From an uncultured Acidobacteriota bacterium (GTDB lineage Bacteria > Acidobacteriota > JAQAZP01): 64,000 nucleotides of DNA. Location of the stretch: contig CAWIIB010000001.1 of assembly GCA_963836075.1 (NCBI GenBank), positions 672,001 through 736,000 on the forward strand. Direction: 5' to 3'. Of this stretch, positions 1 through 10,004 are shown in pieces (within the stretch, counting starts at the first letter, position 1; each line of letters begins with the position of its first letter). The notes under the pieces are model-generated. The model was not told the origin of the DNA and did no database searches. It saw only the letters and a list, made by a program, of their open reading frames with translations. Both the position numbers and the translations under genes were made by a program.

Positions 1-280
1 TCCGGGCGGCCAGGAACTTGGCCCCCTCCTCCACCGGGCCCACCAGGAGCAGACAGTAGATCGCTATATCGCCGATACCCTCCCCCGGCCACAGCGGAAA
101 GCCGAGCAGTCCGGCCAGCCAGTAAAGGCCCAGGGCCAGAACGGCCGAACCGCACCCGCAGACCCAGGCCAGCAGCAGCAGGCGCCGCGGTTCCGGTTTC
201 AGCGAATCCTTGTGGTCGAAGTAGAGCATCCAGAGCAGGGCCCCGGCGGCGATGAACCCCACTGTGCGCACCAGCAGCAT
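1..280 (-). CDS. PrsW-family intramembrane metalloprotease (partial, runs off window start)
   Basis: Not in ORF track. Manual translation MLLVRTVGFIAAGALLWMLYFDHKDSLKPEPRRLLL...GPVEEGAKFLAAR shows hydrophobic helices, a D...PEP segment and the EExxK motif. GGAGG lies upstream of the ATG. Confidence 0.75.
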   Translation of the reverse strand, partial: MLLVRTVGFIAAGALLWMLYFDHKDSLKPEPRRLLLLAWVCGCGSAVLALGLYWLAGLLGFPLWPGEGIGDIAIYCLLLVGPVEEGAKFLAAR

Positions 281-549
281 CTATCCCTCCCGTTTCTTCA
301 GTCACCAACCGCTTCGGACGCCGCGCCATCTCCCATGAGATGTACCTTTATCGCAAACGCCCGATGTTCAGGAAAAGCTGTTTTTTCATGGAGGTAACAA
401 TTCTCCCCCTAAAGCTATTCCGGGTTTCAGCCGATAAAAAAAGTGGAGACGTCGAATAATTACGGGGATTGTGAAAATTCGACGAATTCGCCCCCTCCGC
501 ACTTACCTCCGCGGAGGGGGCTTCCCACCTTTCTCGTTCCCGGCCTTTC

Positions 550-579
550 TTGACTACATCGCACTGGCCCACATACAAT
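550..579 (+). promoter_or_regulatory. sigma70-type promoter for pcnB
   Basis: TTGACT-N18-TACAAT upstream of ATG 697. Confidence 0.5.
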
Positions 580-696
580 TGCGCTGGTCTGCAACCCTTC
601 GACGCCGTGAGCCAACCGGGCCGCTCACTGCGCCCGCAGGCCGGAGATCCGTCAATAACTGGCCCGGGGGCGGCAAGGGCAGGACACTCAAAGGCA

Positions 697-2040
697 ATGA
701 CCGAAGAGCAGGATTCACTCCCTCCGCCCGTGATCATACCCCGGGCCGAACACTCCATTTCACGGAAGTTTATCGATGAAGACGCCCTGAAGGTGCTCTA
801 CCGGCTGCGGCGCTTCGGCTTCACATCGTACCTGGTGGGGGGCGGGGTGCGGGATATCCTGCTGGGCAAAAGGCCCAAGGACTTCGATATCGCCACCAAC
901 GCCCGGCCCAGCGAGATCCGCAAGCTGTTCCGCAACAGCCGCACCATCGGGCGCCGGTTCCGCCTGGTGCAGGTCTTTTTCCGCGGGTCCAAGATCGTCG
1001 AGGTGGCCACCTTCCGCTGCCTGTCGGAGTTTGACCGGGGACGGGAGGGCGGGGAGAGCGAAAAGAAAGAGAAGGGCGACGAGGAACCCACCCGCAGCCA
1101 GAACAGTTTCGGCACCCCGGCCGAGGACGCCTTCCGCCGCGACATCACCATCAACGGCCTGTTCTACAACGTGGACGACTTCACCGTGGTCGATTATGTC
1201 GGCGGCCTGGAAGATCTGCGCCAGGGTATCGTGCGCAGCATCGGCAATCCCCGCGAACGTTTCCACGAAGACCCGGTGCGAATGATCCGGGTCGTGCGCC
1301 ACGCCGCCCGCACCGGGTTCACCATCGATCCGGAGACCTACAGCGCGGTGCTCGACATGCAGCAGGAGATCACCTCCTGCCCCCAGGCCCGGGTGCGGGA
1401 CGAGTTCCTCCGCGACCTGGGCAGCGGGTCAGCCGCTCCGGCCATGGACCTGCTGATGAAGACCGAAATCATCTTTACCCTCTACCCCGAGTACCGGGAG
1501 TGCCTCGGCGATGGCTCGTGCCCGGAAGCTGCCGAATACCGGGCCTACATGCTGCGGCTGCTGGAGGTCCTGGACCGCACCATGACCGGGCCCAATCCCC
1601 CGGGACGGGCCACCATGCTGGCCACTTTCCTGCTGCCGATGTTCGGCGCCCTGGTGGACCGCACCCCCCACCCCCCGGGGGTCCGCCTCTCCACTTTCCT
1701 CAACCGCCTGGGTATGGAGCAGATCAAACCGCTGCTGATGCGCTGGTCATTTTTCAAACGTGACAGCGAGATCGTGCGCCAGATCCTCTCCGCCCAGCCC
1801 CAGATCCGCCGCGCGGTGAGCCGGGGCAGCCTGCCGGGTTCACTGACCCGCAAAAACTACTTCGACCCGGCGCTGATCCTCTACCAGATCGAGGCCGCCA
1901 CCCGGGGCGAATCGATGCCGCCCCTGCTGCGCGACGCCCGCCCCAACCTGCCCTGGCCGCTGGCCGCACCCGCTCCGCGGCGGCGACGGAGCAAACCCCG
2001 CCGCCGGGCGGGGGGCCGAAGGACCGACACGAAAAACTAA
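697..2040 (+). CDS. pcnB: poly(A) polymerase I
   Basis: YLVGGGVRD..LG..PKDFDIAT nucleotidyltransferase core; IGRRFRLVQV PAP signature; RRDITIN; EDPVRMIR; Arg-rich C-terminal tail. Confidence 0.9.
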   Translation: MTEEQDSLPPPVIIPRAEHSISRKFIDEDALKVLYRLRRFGFTSYLVGGGVRDILLGKRPKDFDIATNARPSEIRKLFRNSRTIGRRFRLVQVFFRGSKIVEVATFRCLSEFDRGREGGESEKKEKGDEEPTRSQNSFGTPAEDAFRRDITINGLFYNVDDFTVVDYVGGLEDLRQGIVRSIGNPRERFHEDPVRMIRVVRHAARTGFTIDPETYSAVLDMQQEITSCPQARVRDEFLRDLGSGSAAPAMDLLMKTEIIFTLYPEYRECLGDGSCPEAAEYRAYMLRLLEVLDRTMTGPNPPGRATMLATFLLPMFGALVDRTPHPPGVRLSTFLNRLGMEQIKPLLMRWSFFKRDSEIVRQILSAQPQIRRAVSRGSLPGSLTRKNYFDPALILYQIEAATRGESMPPLLRDARPNLPWPLAAPAPRRRRSKPRRRAGGRRTDTKN

Positions 2041-2047
2041 GCTGGGA

Positions 2048-3013
2048 TTACCGGTATTCCACCGGGACGGCGCGAAGGTAGCGGGTAGTGCGGTATTTGC
2101 GCTCGAAGTCCACGTAGGCCCGCTGCACCTGCTCTTCTTCCAGTTCCAGAACCGCCGCGGCCTCGGCCACGGGGACACCGTTCTCCTGGGCGTACCACAG
2201 CAGGTCCATCAACTGGAAGGGCAGGCGGTAGAAGAACTCCTCCTGGCTGCATTCGGCACTGTAGGTGTCGGTGGTGGGTATGCGGGTGCGGATCGACTCC
2301 GGAACGCCCAGGCGCTCGGCCAGCTGGAAGACCTGGGTTTTGTAGAGGTGGGCAATGGGCTTCACGTCGGCCCCGCCGTCACCATACTTGACGAAGAAAC
2401 CCTGGTCGTGCTCGTTCCTGTTGCCGGTGCCGATCACCGCATAGTTCAGCAGTTCGGCGTGGTAGTAAAGCATGCACATCCGCGAGCGCTGCTTGAAGTT
2501 CGAGGCGGCCACGATCTGCAGGTAGTCGCGGAGGTTCAGGCGCTTGCTCTTTGGTTCGCCTTGGGGGGGAATAACGGTGAGGCGGAAGATGTTCAGCGCG
2601 CCGGTCTCCAGCAGGTCGGGCAGGACGATCTTGGCCTTCCACTCCGCGGTGAACTCGGGAAAGACCCGCTTGATCGCCTCGTCCCGCCGCTGGTAGCAGC
2701 CGAAGCCGTCCAGCGAGGGTGTCATGTTCTCCAGCAGCGGCTCGGCGGCGCCCACCGCCTGGCAGAGTTCCCGGGCCAGGGCTTCGCTTTCCGGGTTCGA
2801 GTCCTCCTCGGGCATCATCACGCCCCGAACCTTCTCCTTGCCAAAAGCCTTGACGCTGAGGGCCAGAACCACCGACGAGTCGATACCCCCGCTGATGCCC
2901 ACCACGGCGCCACCCCGCTTGAGGTCCAGGACCACCGTCTGCTTCAGCTGCTGCACCAGGTCGTCGATCACCGCATCCGCGTCCAGCGTCAGAATGTCCC
3001 TGTTGAATGACAT
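2048..3013 (-). CDS. nadE: NH3-dependent NAD(+) synthetase (NadE family)
   Basis: GISGGIDS PP-loop, NFKQRSRM, GTGNRNE, GFFVKYGDG, PIAHLYKTQV; start placed at MSFNRD. Confidence 0.85.
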   Translation of the reverse strand: MSFNRDILTLDADAVIDDLVQQLKQTVVLDLKRGGAVVGISGGIDSSVVLALSVKAFGKEKVRGVMMPEEDSNPESEALARELCQAVGAAEPLLENMTPSLDGFGCYQRRDEAIKRVFPEFTAEWKAKIVLPDLLETGALNIFRLTVIPPQGEPKSKRLNLRDYLQIVAASNFKQRSRMCMLYYHAELLNYAVIGTGNRNEHDQGFFVKYGDGGADVKPIAHLYKTQVFQLAERLGVPESIRTRIPTTDTYSAECSQEEFFYRLPFQLMDLLWYAQENGVPVAEAAAVLELEEEQVQRAYVDFERKYRTTRYLRAVPVEYR

Positions 3014-3243
3014 GATTCCCCGTTTTCCCCCTCTTCCCGGCTGTGGTTGACAGCGCCGGCCGATAATCGTCAAACAGTCAGTTTTCCGTATCCCAATAAA
3101 CCGTACACCGATCCGGAGGCCCGTGTCCAGTATTCCATATCGGCCGCGGGTCCACCGATTGACTGATTCCCCGGTCTCCTGTACTATTTTTTTGTGCCGC
3201 AGAGCGACTGATTCATCAACAACCGCGCCAGGGAGGTGGAAAT

Positions 3244-3930
3244 ATGCTCCAGCCAGCCGATCTCTTCGATTTCCAGGGCTGGAAATATGCCGATCTGTTT
3301 GACGATGTGGCTTACGTCTGGGAGGTCCTTCCCCGGATCAGGGAGTACATCCTCTCGCGACTTGAACCGGGCATCGAAGGCACCGTGATGGACGGCGCGT
3401 TTCTCGAAGGGAACGACATCTTCATCGGCCCGGAGACGGTGGTGGAACCGGGAGCGTTGATCCGCGGACCGGCGATCATCGGCGCACATTGTGAGATCCG
3501 CCAGGGGGCCTACATCCGGGGCCAGGCGCTGGTGGGCGACCATTGCGTGGTGGGCCACACCACCGAGATGAAGAATTCGGTGATGCTGGACGGGGCCAAG
3601 GCGGGCCACTTCGCCTATATCGGCGACAGCATCCTCGGCAGGGAGGTGAACCTCGGCGCGGGGACCAAGCTGGCCAACCTGAAGATCAACAACTCGCAGG
3701 TCACCATTCGCCACGAGGGCGAGGTGTACCAGACCGGGCTGCGCAAGTTCGGGGCGATCCTGGGGGACAGTGTCGAGCTGGGCTGCAACAGCGTCTCCTC
3801 ACCCGGGACCATCGTCGGCCCGCAATCGCTGGTCTACCCCAACAGTTCGGTGGCCGGGGTGGTCCCCGCGCGGTCCATCGTCAAGTTGAAACAGAACCAG
3901 GAAATCCATCCCCGGCGGCTCCTCGACTGA
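3244..3930 (+). CDS. left-handed beta-helix sugar acyltransferase (GlmU C-terminal-like)
   Basis: Hexapeptide repeats, HFAYIGDSILG, NLGAGTKLAN, KFGAILGD; RBS GGAGGTGG. Confidence 0.8.
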   Translation: MLQPADLFDFQGWKYADLFDDVAYVWEVLPRIREYILSRLEPGIEGTVMDGAFLEGNDIFIGPETVVEPGALIRGPAIIGAHCEIRQGAYIRGQALVGDHCVVGHTTEMKNSVMLDGAKAGHFAYIGDSILGREVNLGAGTKLANLKINNSQVTIRHEGEVYQTGLRKFGAILGDSVELGCNSVSSPGTIVGPQSLVYPNSSVAGVVPARSIVKLKQNQEIHPRRLLD

Positions 3931-3972
3931 ACGGTGGGCGGAGGCGCGGATTACGGCAGGAGGGCCGGCATC

Positions 3973-4695
3973 GTGAGCAGACTGGACGCCCTGTTCTTCG
4001 ACATCGACGACACCCTCTTCTCCACCTCGGATTTTGCCGCCTCGGCGCGGCGGGCCAGCGTCCGGGCGATGATCGCGGCCGGCCTGCAGGCCGATGAGCA
4101 GCAATGCTTCAAGGAACTGTATGAGGTGATCCGCGAGTTCGGGCCCAACTTCCCGCGGCACTTCGAGAAGCTGCTGCTGCGCTACCCCGAGAAGAACCTC
4201 AGCGGCGTCAACCCGGCCATTATCAGCGCCTCCGGCGTGGTGGCCTACCACAAGACCAAGAACAGCGAACTGCGCCCCTACCCCGACGTGGTGGAAGCGT
4301 TCCAGGTGCTGAAGAGCCGCAATCTGCGCATCGGCATTATAACCGCCGGCCTGGCCGCCAAGCAGGCGGAGAAACTGGTGCGCCTCGACCTGCTGAAATA
4401 CATCGACCCCCACGCCATCTTCATCACCGACCAGCTGGGCATCGGCAAGCCGAACCCCAAGCTCTACCTCACCGCCTGCCGGTCCCTGGACCTCGAGACG
4501 TCCCGCTGCATGTATGTGGGAGACCGCCCGGTGGACGACATCGACCCCGCGGGGGAGGTGGGCATGGTGACGGTGCTCAACCGGCGGGTCAGCAAACCGA
4601 TCAGCCAGTCGGGCAAGCGGCTGCCCGACTACCAGATCTACAACTTCCACGATCTGCTGGATATTCTGCGTTCCGACTTCGGGCTGGATGACTAA
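3973..4695 (+). CDS. HAD-superfamily hydrolase (subfamily IA)
   Basis: FFDIDDTL motif I, IIT, GKPNP, YVGDRPVDDI; start uncertain (3934 or 3973). Confidence 0.85.
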   Translation: MSRLDALFFDIDDTLFSTSDFAASARRASVRAMIAAGLQADEQQCFKELYEVIREFGPNFPRHFEKLLLRYPEKNLSGVNPAIISASGVVAYHKTKNSELRPYPDVVEAFQVLKSRNLRIGIITAGLAAKQAEKLVRLDLLKYIDPHAIFITDQLGIGKPNPKLYLTACRSLDLETSRCMYVGDRPVDDIDPAGEVGMVTVLNRRVSKPISQSGKRLPDYQIYNFHDLLDILRSDFGLDD

Positions 4696-6167
4696 GGTCT
4701 GCCGCTGGACGCCGGCGTGCTGCCGGCCAGCACGGCGCAGATGCTGTCCTGCAGCCGCTTGGCCTCGCTGTTGCCCAGCTTGTTCCCGTTCATCAGAATC
4801 GAGAAGGCCACCGGGCCCGCGTCCGGGTTGCCGGCCACGCCGCTGAGCGAGCTGACCCCGTTGATGAACCCGCTCTTGGCCCTGACCCGGCGCAGCGCGC
4901 TGCCGCCGGTCATCCGTTTCTTCAGCGTGCCGTCCGCCCCGGCCACCGGCAGGGAGGAAAAGAACTCGGGTCCGATCTGGAAGTCATTCCAGGCGTGGCT
5001 GACCACTGCGGTGAGCAGCCGGGCGGTGACCCGGTTGTCCGGAGACAGCCCGGACGCGTCATCCAGCACCACCCCGGCCATCGGCAGCTGCTGATACCTG
5101 AGGTAGGAGTCCACCGCCAGCAACCCATTGGCGGTGGTCCCTGGTGCGCCAAGCATCTCGGCGCCGATGGTCTTGAGGATCATCTCTGCCGAGAAGTTGT
5201 TGGAGTATTTGTTCATCTCCACCAGCAGCCGGCCCAGCGACCGCGACTGGAAGGAGTAGATCTCCTCCGCGCCCTCCGGGACGGTTCCCAGGGAGGGCGG
5301 TCGGCCGAAGGAAATCCCCACCTCTTCGGCCACTTCCACGAACGAAGAGAGGAAATAACCGGCGGGGTCCTCAACGCTGCGCAGGGTCACCGACGTCGGG
5401 TGGTCAAGGGGGATCGCCCCGCCCACCACCACCTCGTTGCGGCCGTCCCGGTAGCGGCGGTCCACGGTAAGGGTCATCTTGCCCTTGCGGGTCACCGCGC
5501 GGTTCAGCACGGTGAAGAACCGGCTGAAGGGGTCGACGACCACCACCGGCGGCTGTCCGGAGCGCTCGGCCGGCCGGACGATCACGTTCACCGAGTTGAA
5601 GTTGCAGGAGAGGGCACCCACCGGCGCGGCAAAAGCGCGGTGGGCATAACTCGACTTCCACCGCCGGTTCCGTCCCTGGCGGTCGAAAAATGTGTCGTCC
5701 CCCACCAGGCCGCCGCGCACTTCGCGGATGCCGAGATTGCGCAACTGACGGGCCATGACCCAGAGGTTCTCGCAGACCAGGTCGGGCGCTCCCCTGCCCT
5801 GCACATGGAGATCTCCCTCCAGCACGCCGTTGCGGACCGGTCCGCCGGCGAAAAACGGTGTCTCGTAGACATAGTCGGGCTTGAGCGCCCAGAGCGCCGC
5901 GGCAGCGGTGACCAGCTTCATGTTCGACGCCGGGACCAACGAGTCATTGGCCGAGCGGGAGTAGAGCACCCGGCCGTCCACCAGGGAGACGGCGTGGAGG
6001 GCCACCTTCATCGAGGCCGGCCGGCGGCCGGCCAGCAGCTTGTCCAGCGCGGCCTCCATGGAACGGGATGGCGCCGTTTCCTTTGCCGCCAGCGGCAGCA
6101 GCATCATGAGCGCGGCCAGGGCCAGCGCCCCGCCGTAGCGCAGCAGTCGAGCGTAATTCCGGTTCAT
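4692..6167 (-). CDS. dacB: D-alanyl-D-alanine carboxypeptidase/endopeptidase PBP4 (peptidase S13)
   Basis: PASNMK (SxxK), KYSNN (SxN), AKSG (KTG-like), DASGLS; N-terminal signal helix. Confidence 0.9.
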   Translation of the reverse strand: MNRNYARLLRYGGALALAALMMLLPLAAKETAPSRSMEAALDKLLAGRRPASMKVALHAVSLVDGRVLYSRSANDSLVPASNMKLVTAAAALWALKPDYVYETPFFAGGPVRNGVLEGDLHVQGRGAPDLVCENLWVMARQLRNLGIREVRGGLVGDDTFFDRQGRNRRWKSSYAHRAFAAPVGALSCNFNSVNVIVRPAERSGQPPVVVVDPFSRFFTVLNRAVTRKGKMTLTVDRRYRDGRNEVVVGGAIPLDHPTSVTLRSVEDPAGYFLSSFVEVAEEVGISFGRPPSLGTVPEGAEEIYSFQSRSLGRLLVEMNKYSNNFSAEMILKTIGAEMLGAPGTTANGLLAVDSYLRYQQLPMAGVVLDDASGLSPDNRVTARLLTAVVSHAWNDFQIGPEFFSSLPVAGADGTLKKRMTGGSALRRVRAKSGFINGVSSLSGVAGNPDAGPVAFSILMNGNKLGNSEAKRLQDSICAVLAGSTPASSGRP

Positions 6168-6284
6168 TCCAATCCGCCTCGGTAGAGCTGTGGTGCGGCG
6201 GCCTTCCGCACAAGTCTGCCTGTGTTGGGGTTTATGCTTGTCTTTCAGCTTACCACAGGGCTCCACCATCGATCAAAAGCGTGC

Positions 6285-6325
6285 AAAAAGAAAAGGCGGG
6301 ACAACGGTTACCCCGTTGCCCCGCC
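6285..6325 (-). terminator. intrinsic terminator after the FG-GAP/selenoprotein gene
   Basis: Minus strand GGCGGGGCAACGG-GGTA-ACCGTTGTCCCGCC followed by TTTTCTTTTT. Confidence 0.75.
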
Positions 6326-6350
6326 AATAGCATCTACTCAAACTGCCGGA

Positions 6351-8090
6351 TCAGAACTGGCCCACCGCCAGATTCACACCGTGAGACACGTCCACCTGGG
6401 GACGATCGAAAGCGGTGAACTCGATGATCTGTTCGAGTTCGCTGCCGCCGTCGTAGTTGTAGCCCAGGACCCAGGCGTCGTAGTCCGCGCCGGGGCCGGC
6501 ACCAACCAGAATCTCGTCGATCCCGTCGCCATCGATGTCGCCGCAGGCCACGTTGCAGCCCCACTCGGTGTAATCGAAGGCAAAGAAGTTGATCGCACCG
6601 ATGGAGGTGGCGGCACCACCGTCAATGTTCCAGGCCCGCACGTGGGGGCCGAACACCGCGCCGGGGCCAGCGCCGGTGACGATCTCGGCAAAGCCGTCGC
6701 CGTCGATGTCGCCGCAGGCCACGTTCACACCGAATTTGTTCGAGCCGTAGGCCAGGAAGCTGACCCCGGGCGCCGGGGAGATACTGCTGTTGTCGTAGTT
6801 CCAGCCGCGCACGTGGGGTCCGTACACCGCGCCGGGTCCGGCGCCGGTGACGATCTCATCGAAGCCGTCTCCGTCGAAGTCACCGGCAGCCACGTTGACC
6901 CCCCACTTGGGCGTGCCGTAGGCGAAATAGCTCACCGCGCTGATCGAGGTTACCGTGCCGCTGCCGTCGTAGTTCCAGCCGCGCACGTGGGGACCGAACA
7001 CCGCACCGGGTCCGGCGCCGGTGATGATCTCGTCGTAGCCGTCACCATCCAGCTCTCCGGTGGCCACGTTGACCCCGTATTTCAGGGTGCCGTAGGCGAA
7101 GAAGTTCAGGCCGTCCAGCTGGTTACCGTCGTAGTCGAACCCACGTACCTGCGGGCCGAAAACCGCGCCGGGACCGGGACCGGTGAGAATGTCGTCGAAG
7201 GTGTCGCCATCGATATCGCCGGTGGCCACCGTGGTGCCGTAACGGTCGGGGCCGTAGGCCTGGACGGTCACATCGGCATACCAGCCGCCGTCAAGATGAT
7301 AGCCCACAGCCTGGTTGACGTTGTCCGGGCCCGGACCGGGTCCGGCGATGATCATCGTGCCCTTGCCGAGGAACTGAATGAACATGATCGCGTGGAGGTT
7401 GGCCTCGTTCCAGTCGCCGCCCACGGCCACCGAGCCGCTGACGTTCTGGATCTGGCCGGTTGATGTCGCGGTCAGCGTTTCCTGCCACACCGGGAAGGCC
7501 CGGGCCATGTGCGGCGAACGGTCGGCCGGTTCCTCGTAGACCACCACGTAGACCTGGCAGGGAGGCACACTGCCCAGGGCTTCGATGGTGCCGTTAACCG
7601 ATACCGTGCCGCCGGCAACGTTCATGTCCAGGGACATCTCCACCGGGCTGGCCTGGGTCAGGTGGTCCTGAACGATGGGCAGGTAGGCGTTGTACATCGA
7701 ACCGCTGGCCTGGCCGCCGACATACTGCCGGTGACCGTCAAACACCGCGGTGGGCGTGCCGCCCACGCTGTAATAGTTGTTCCGATCGCTGTGATGGTCA
7801 CATTCATAACCCGAGCCGTAATACATGAGGCAAACAAACTGATCGGGACCGTAATCCACCATCAGGTCTTCGAGCCCCCGCTCCGCGGAGGGACAGTACG
7901 CTCACCCATCTCGTGAGAAAAGCTCGGCCATCACCACACGGTTGCTGCCGTCGTTCGGCACCCCGTCCTTCACTGCCTGCAGAATCTCCTGGGTGTTCGC
8001 CGCCCAGACGGTGCCGGACATGGTGAACAGCAGAAGGGCGAGCGCACCGGCCACAGTGACCAGCCGTCGCACGTTTGTACGGGTCGACAT
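6351..8090 (-). CDS. secreted thioredoxin-fold (Omp28/DUF1223-like) candidate selenoprotein with C-terminal FG-GAP repeats; 579 aa if TGA 7902-7904 is read as Sec
   Basis: Track ORFs 7902..8207 and 6351..7862 are in the same frame with a single TGA between them: VVMAELFSRDG-U-AYCPSAERGLEDLMVDYG. RBS AAAGGAGG precedes ATG 8090, followed by a signal peptide. The later GTPTAVFDG resembles the cis-Pro loop. Confidence 0.8.
6450..7235 (-). repeat. five FG-GAP-like coding repeats, period about 60 aa
   Basis: Repeated VAxGDxDGDGxxEIxTGAGPGAVFGPHVRGWNYDG units with DxDGDG Ca-binding-type motifs. Confidence 0.85.
7872..7903 (-). promoter_or_regulatory. candidate bacterial SECIS hairpin
   Basis: After the UGA: upper stem CCUCCGC/GCGGGGG with a GGA loop starting 18 nt downstream; possible lower pairing GAG/CUC. 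Confidence 0.55.
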
Positions 8091-8302
8091 TGCAGATCCT
8101 CCTTTTATCGAAGTTTTCAACTCGATTCCCACTGTTGCGGACGTTAAACGAACCGGGATCATAACACGCAAACCGTGTAATATGATCACCACTGTAATTA
8201 TAGACATTAATCGCCAAAAGGGAAAGCTAAACCTTTTAACGGACGTTATTTATCCATGATTAGCGTCCCAACGCCGGGATCATCCCCACCCCGTAAAGAC
8301 GC

Positions 8303-8320
8303 AGGTGAAAAAAATCACAA
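8303..8320. promoter_or_regulatory. Rex- or CRP/FNR-like operator upstream of nuoA
   Basis: AGGTGAAAAAAATCACAA contains GTGA-N6-TCAC, with 3 mismatches to TTGTGAANNNNTTCACAA; an extended -10-like TGTGGTAGACT follows. Confidence 0.45.
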
Positions 8321-8504
8321 TTGCTCTTCCATTTTGCACACGTTGTGGTAGACTTACGCCGATTTTCGCGAGCCGGCCGCGCCCCGGCGCGTTCCGGTTT
8401 CGTCGGGAACGGTAACCAACTGAATCCCGGCCAGTTGAACACCTGGTTCCCGCCGGCGGGAGGCCGAATGCTTCATCGCCGTTGCCGGGCAGCGAGCGCA
8501 GCAG

Positions 8505-8924
8505 ATGCACTTCGATTACGCCAACGTGCTGATCTTTGCGATCCTGGCCATGCTTTTTGTCGGCGGCGCACTCACCGTGGGCCGTCTCTTTCGACCCAAC
8601 AGGCCGAGCCTCGAAAAAAGCCGGACCTACGAGTGCGGCGAGATTCCCACCGGCTCGGCCTGGATCAATATGAACCCCAGGTTCTATCTCATCGCTCTCA
8701 TCTTTCTCATCTTTGACGTTGAAATCGCGTTCATCTTCCCCGTGGCCACCGTCTTCCGCCAGTTCCTCGAAACCGGGCAGGGACTTCTGGTGCTGGGGGA
8801 AATTCTCGTCTTCGTCCTGATTCTCTTCGCCGGCCTGATCTTTGTCTGGGGCCGCGGAGACCTGGAGTGGCTCAAGTCGATCCATCACGAGAACGACCCG
8901 GGAACCGCCGGAGAGGCCAAATAA
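8505..8924 (+). CDS. nuoA: NADH-quinone oxidoreductase subunit A
   Basis: [24 protein letters not shown]. Confidence 0.95.
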   Translation: MHFDYANVLIFAILAMLFVGGALTVGRLFRPNRPSLEKSRTYECGEIPTGSAWINMNPRFYLIALIFLIFDVEIAFIFPVATVFRQFLETGQGLLVLGEILVFVLILFAGLIFVWGRGDLEWLKSIHHENDPGTAGEAK

Positions 8925-8934
8925 AAGAGAGAAC

Positions 8935-9414
8935 ATGGGCTACACACCGCTGAATCTTCCGTCAAACGTGATTACCACCAGGGTCGACGCCCTGCTCAAC
9001 TGGGGCCGGCTGAATTCGGTCTGGTACATGCTCTTCGGTCTGGCCTGCTGCGGCATCGAGCTGATGCAGACCGGCGGACCGCGGGCCGACCTGGACCGCT
9101 TCGGCGCCGTCTTCCGTTCCACACCCCGGCAGTCGGACCTGATGATCGTGGCCGGGACGGTGACCTACAAGATGGCCGAGCGGGTGCAGCGCCTCTACGA
9201 GCAGATGGCCGAACCGCGTTACGTCATCGCCATGGGCAGCTGCGCCAACTGCGGCGGCTGGCTGCAGAAGAGCTATGCGGTGGTGAAAGGCGTTGACCTG
9301 ATTATTCCCGTGGACATTTATCTTCCCGGCTGCCCCCCCCGCCCCGAGTCACTGACCGAGGGGATTCTGGAGCTGCAGAAGAGAATGCGCGGCGAGCATT
9401 TCATCACGAAATAA
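8935..9414 (+). CDS. nuoB: NADH-quinone oxidoreductase subunit B
   Basis: [26 protein letters not shown]. Confidence 0.95.
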   Translation: MGYTPLNLPSNVITTRVDALLNWGRLNSVWYMLFGLACCGIELMQTGGPRADLDRFGAVFRSTPRQSDLMIVAGTVTYKMAERVQRLYEQMAEPRYVIAMGSCANCGGWLQKSYAVVKGVDLIIPVDIYLPGCPPRPESLTEGILELQKRMRGEHFITK

Positions 9415-9470
9415 CCCGGAGCGACGGCCGGGAGCGGGACACCGGCCCAGCGGGTCCCAGGTGGACGACG

Positions 9471-10004
9471 ATGACAGCTGAAGAGATCTACCGACACGCT
9501 CTGGAACGCATTCCCGCCGAAACTCTGGGCGAACTGGCCGCAGAGGCCGTTCAACCCTGGGTCATGACCACCCCGGACAACCTGATCGAACTGCTCCGAG
9601 TGCTGAAGGACGATCCGGCCCTGGCCTTTGACTGCCTCGACTGCTTGACCGTCACCGACATGCTGGACGACGGTCAGCTGGAACTGGTCTACCATCTTTA
9701 CTCCTATACCCACGAACACCTCTTCGTGGTCAAGACGCGTGTCGGCCGTGACGAGCCAGAAGCGCCTTCGGTCACCGGGCTCTGGCCCGCGGCCAACTGG
9801 TACGAACGGGAAGAGTACGACATGTTCGGTGTCCGCTTCACCGGGCATCCCAACATGACCAGGCTCTTCCTGCCCGACGAGTGGGTGGGGCACCCGATGC
9901 GTCTGGACTGGAAGGAGGGGGAGACCGCCCTGGGCATCCCCACCACCCGGCCCGACCCGCTGGTCAAAGTGGATGCCGAGACCGGAGGTGGCGCTGATGC
10001 CTGA
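9471..10004 (+). CDS. nuoC: NADH-quinone oxidoreductase subunit C
   Basis: ANWYEREEYDMFGVRFTGHP..R...GHPMR. Confidence 0.95.
   Translation: MTAEEIYRHALERIPAETLGELAAEAVQPWVMTTPDNLIELLRVLKDDPALAFDCLDCLTVTDMLDDGQLELVYHLYSYTHEHLFVVKTRVGRDEPEAPSVTGLWPAANWYEREEYDMFGVRFTGHPNMTRLFLPDEWVGHPMRLDWKEGETALGIPTTRPDPLVKVDAETGGGADA

Noticed and set aside
491-519. Hairpin CCCCTCCGC-ACTTACCTCC-GCGGAGGGG with an anti-SD-like loop as an sRNA
   Set aside because: It is a single hairpin with no supporting promoter/terminator pair or family match, so the evidence is insufficient.
6450-7235. Regularly spaced near-identical DNA repeats as a CRISPR array
   Set aside because: The period is about 180 nt, the repeats are in frame with third-position variation, and they encode FG-GAP units. 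No cas genes are present.
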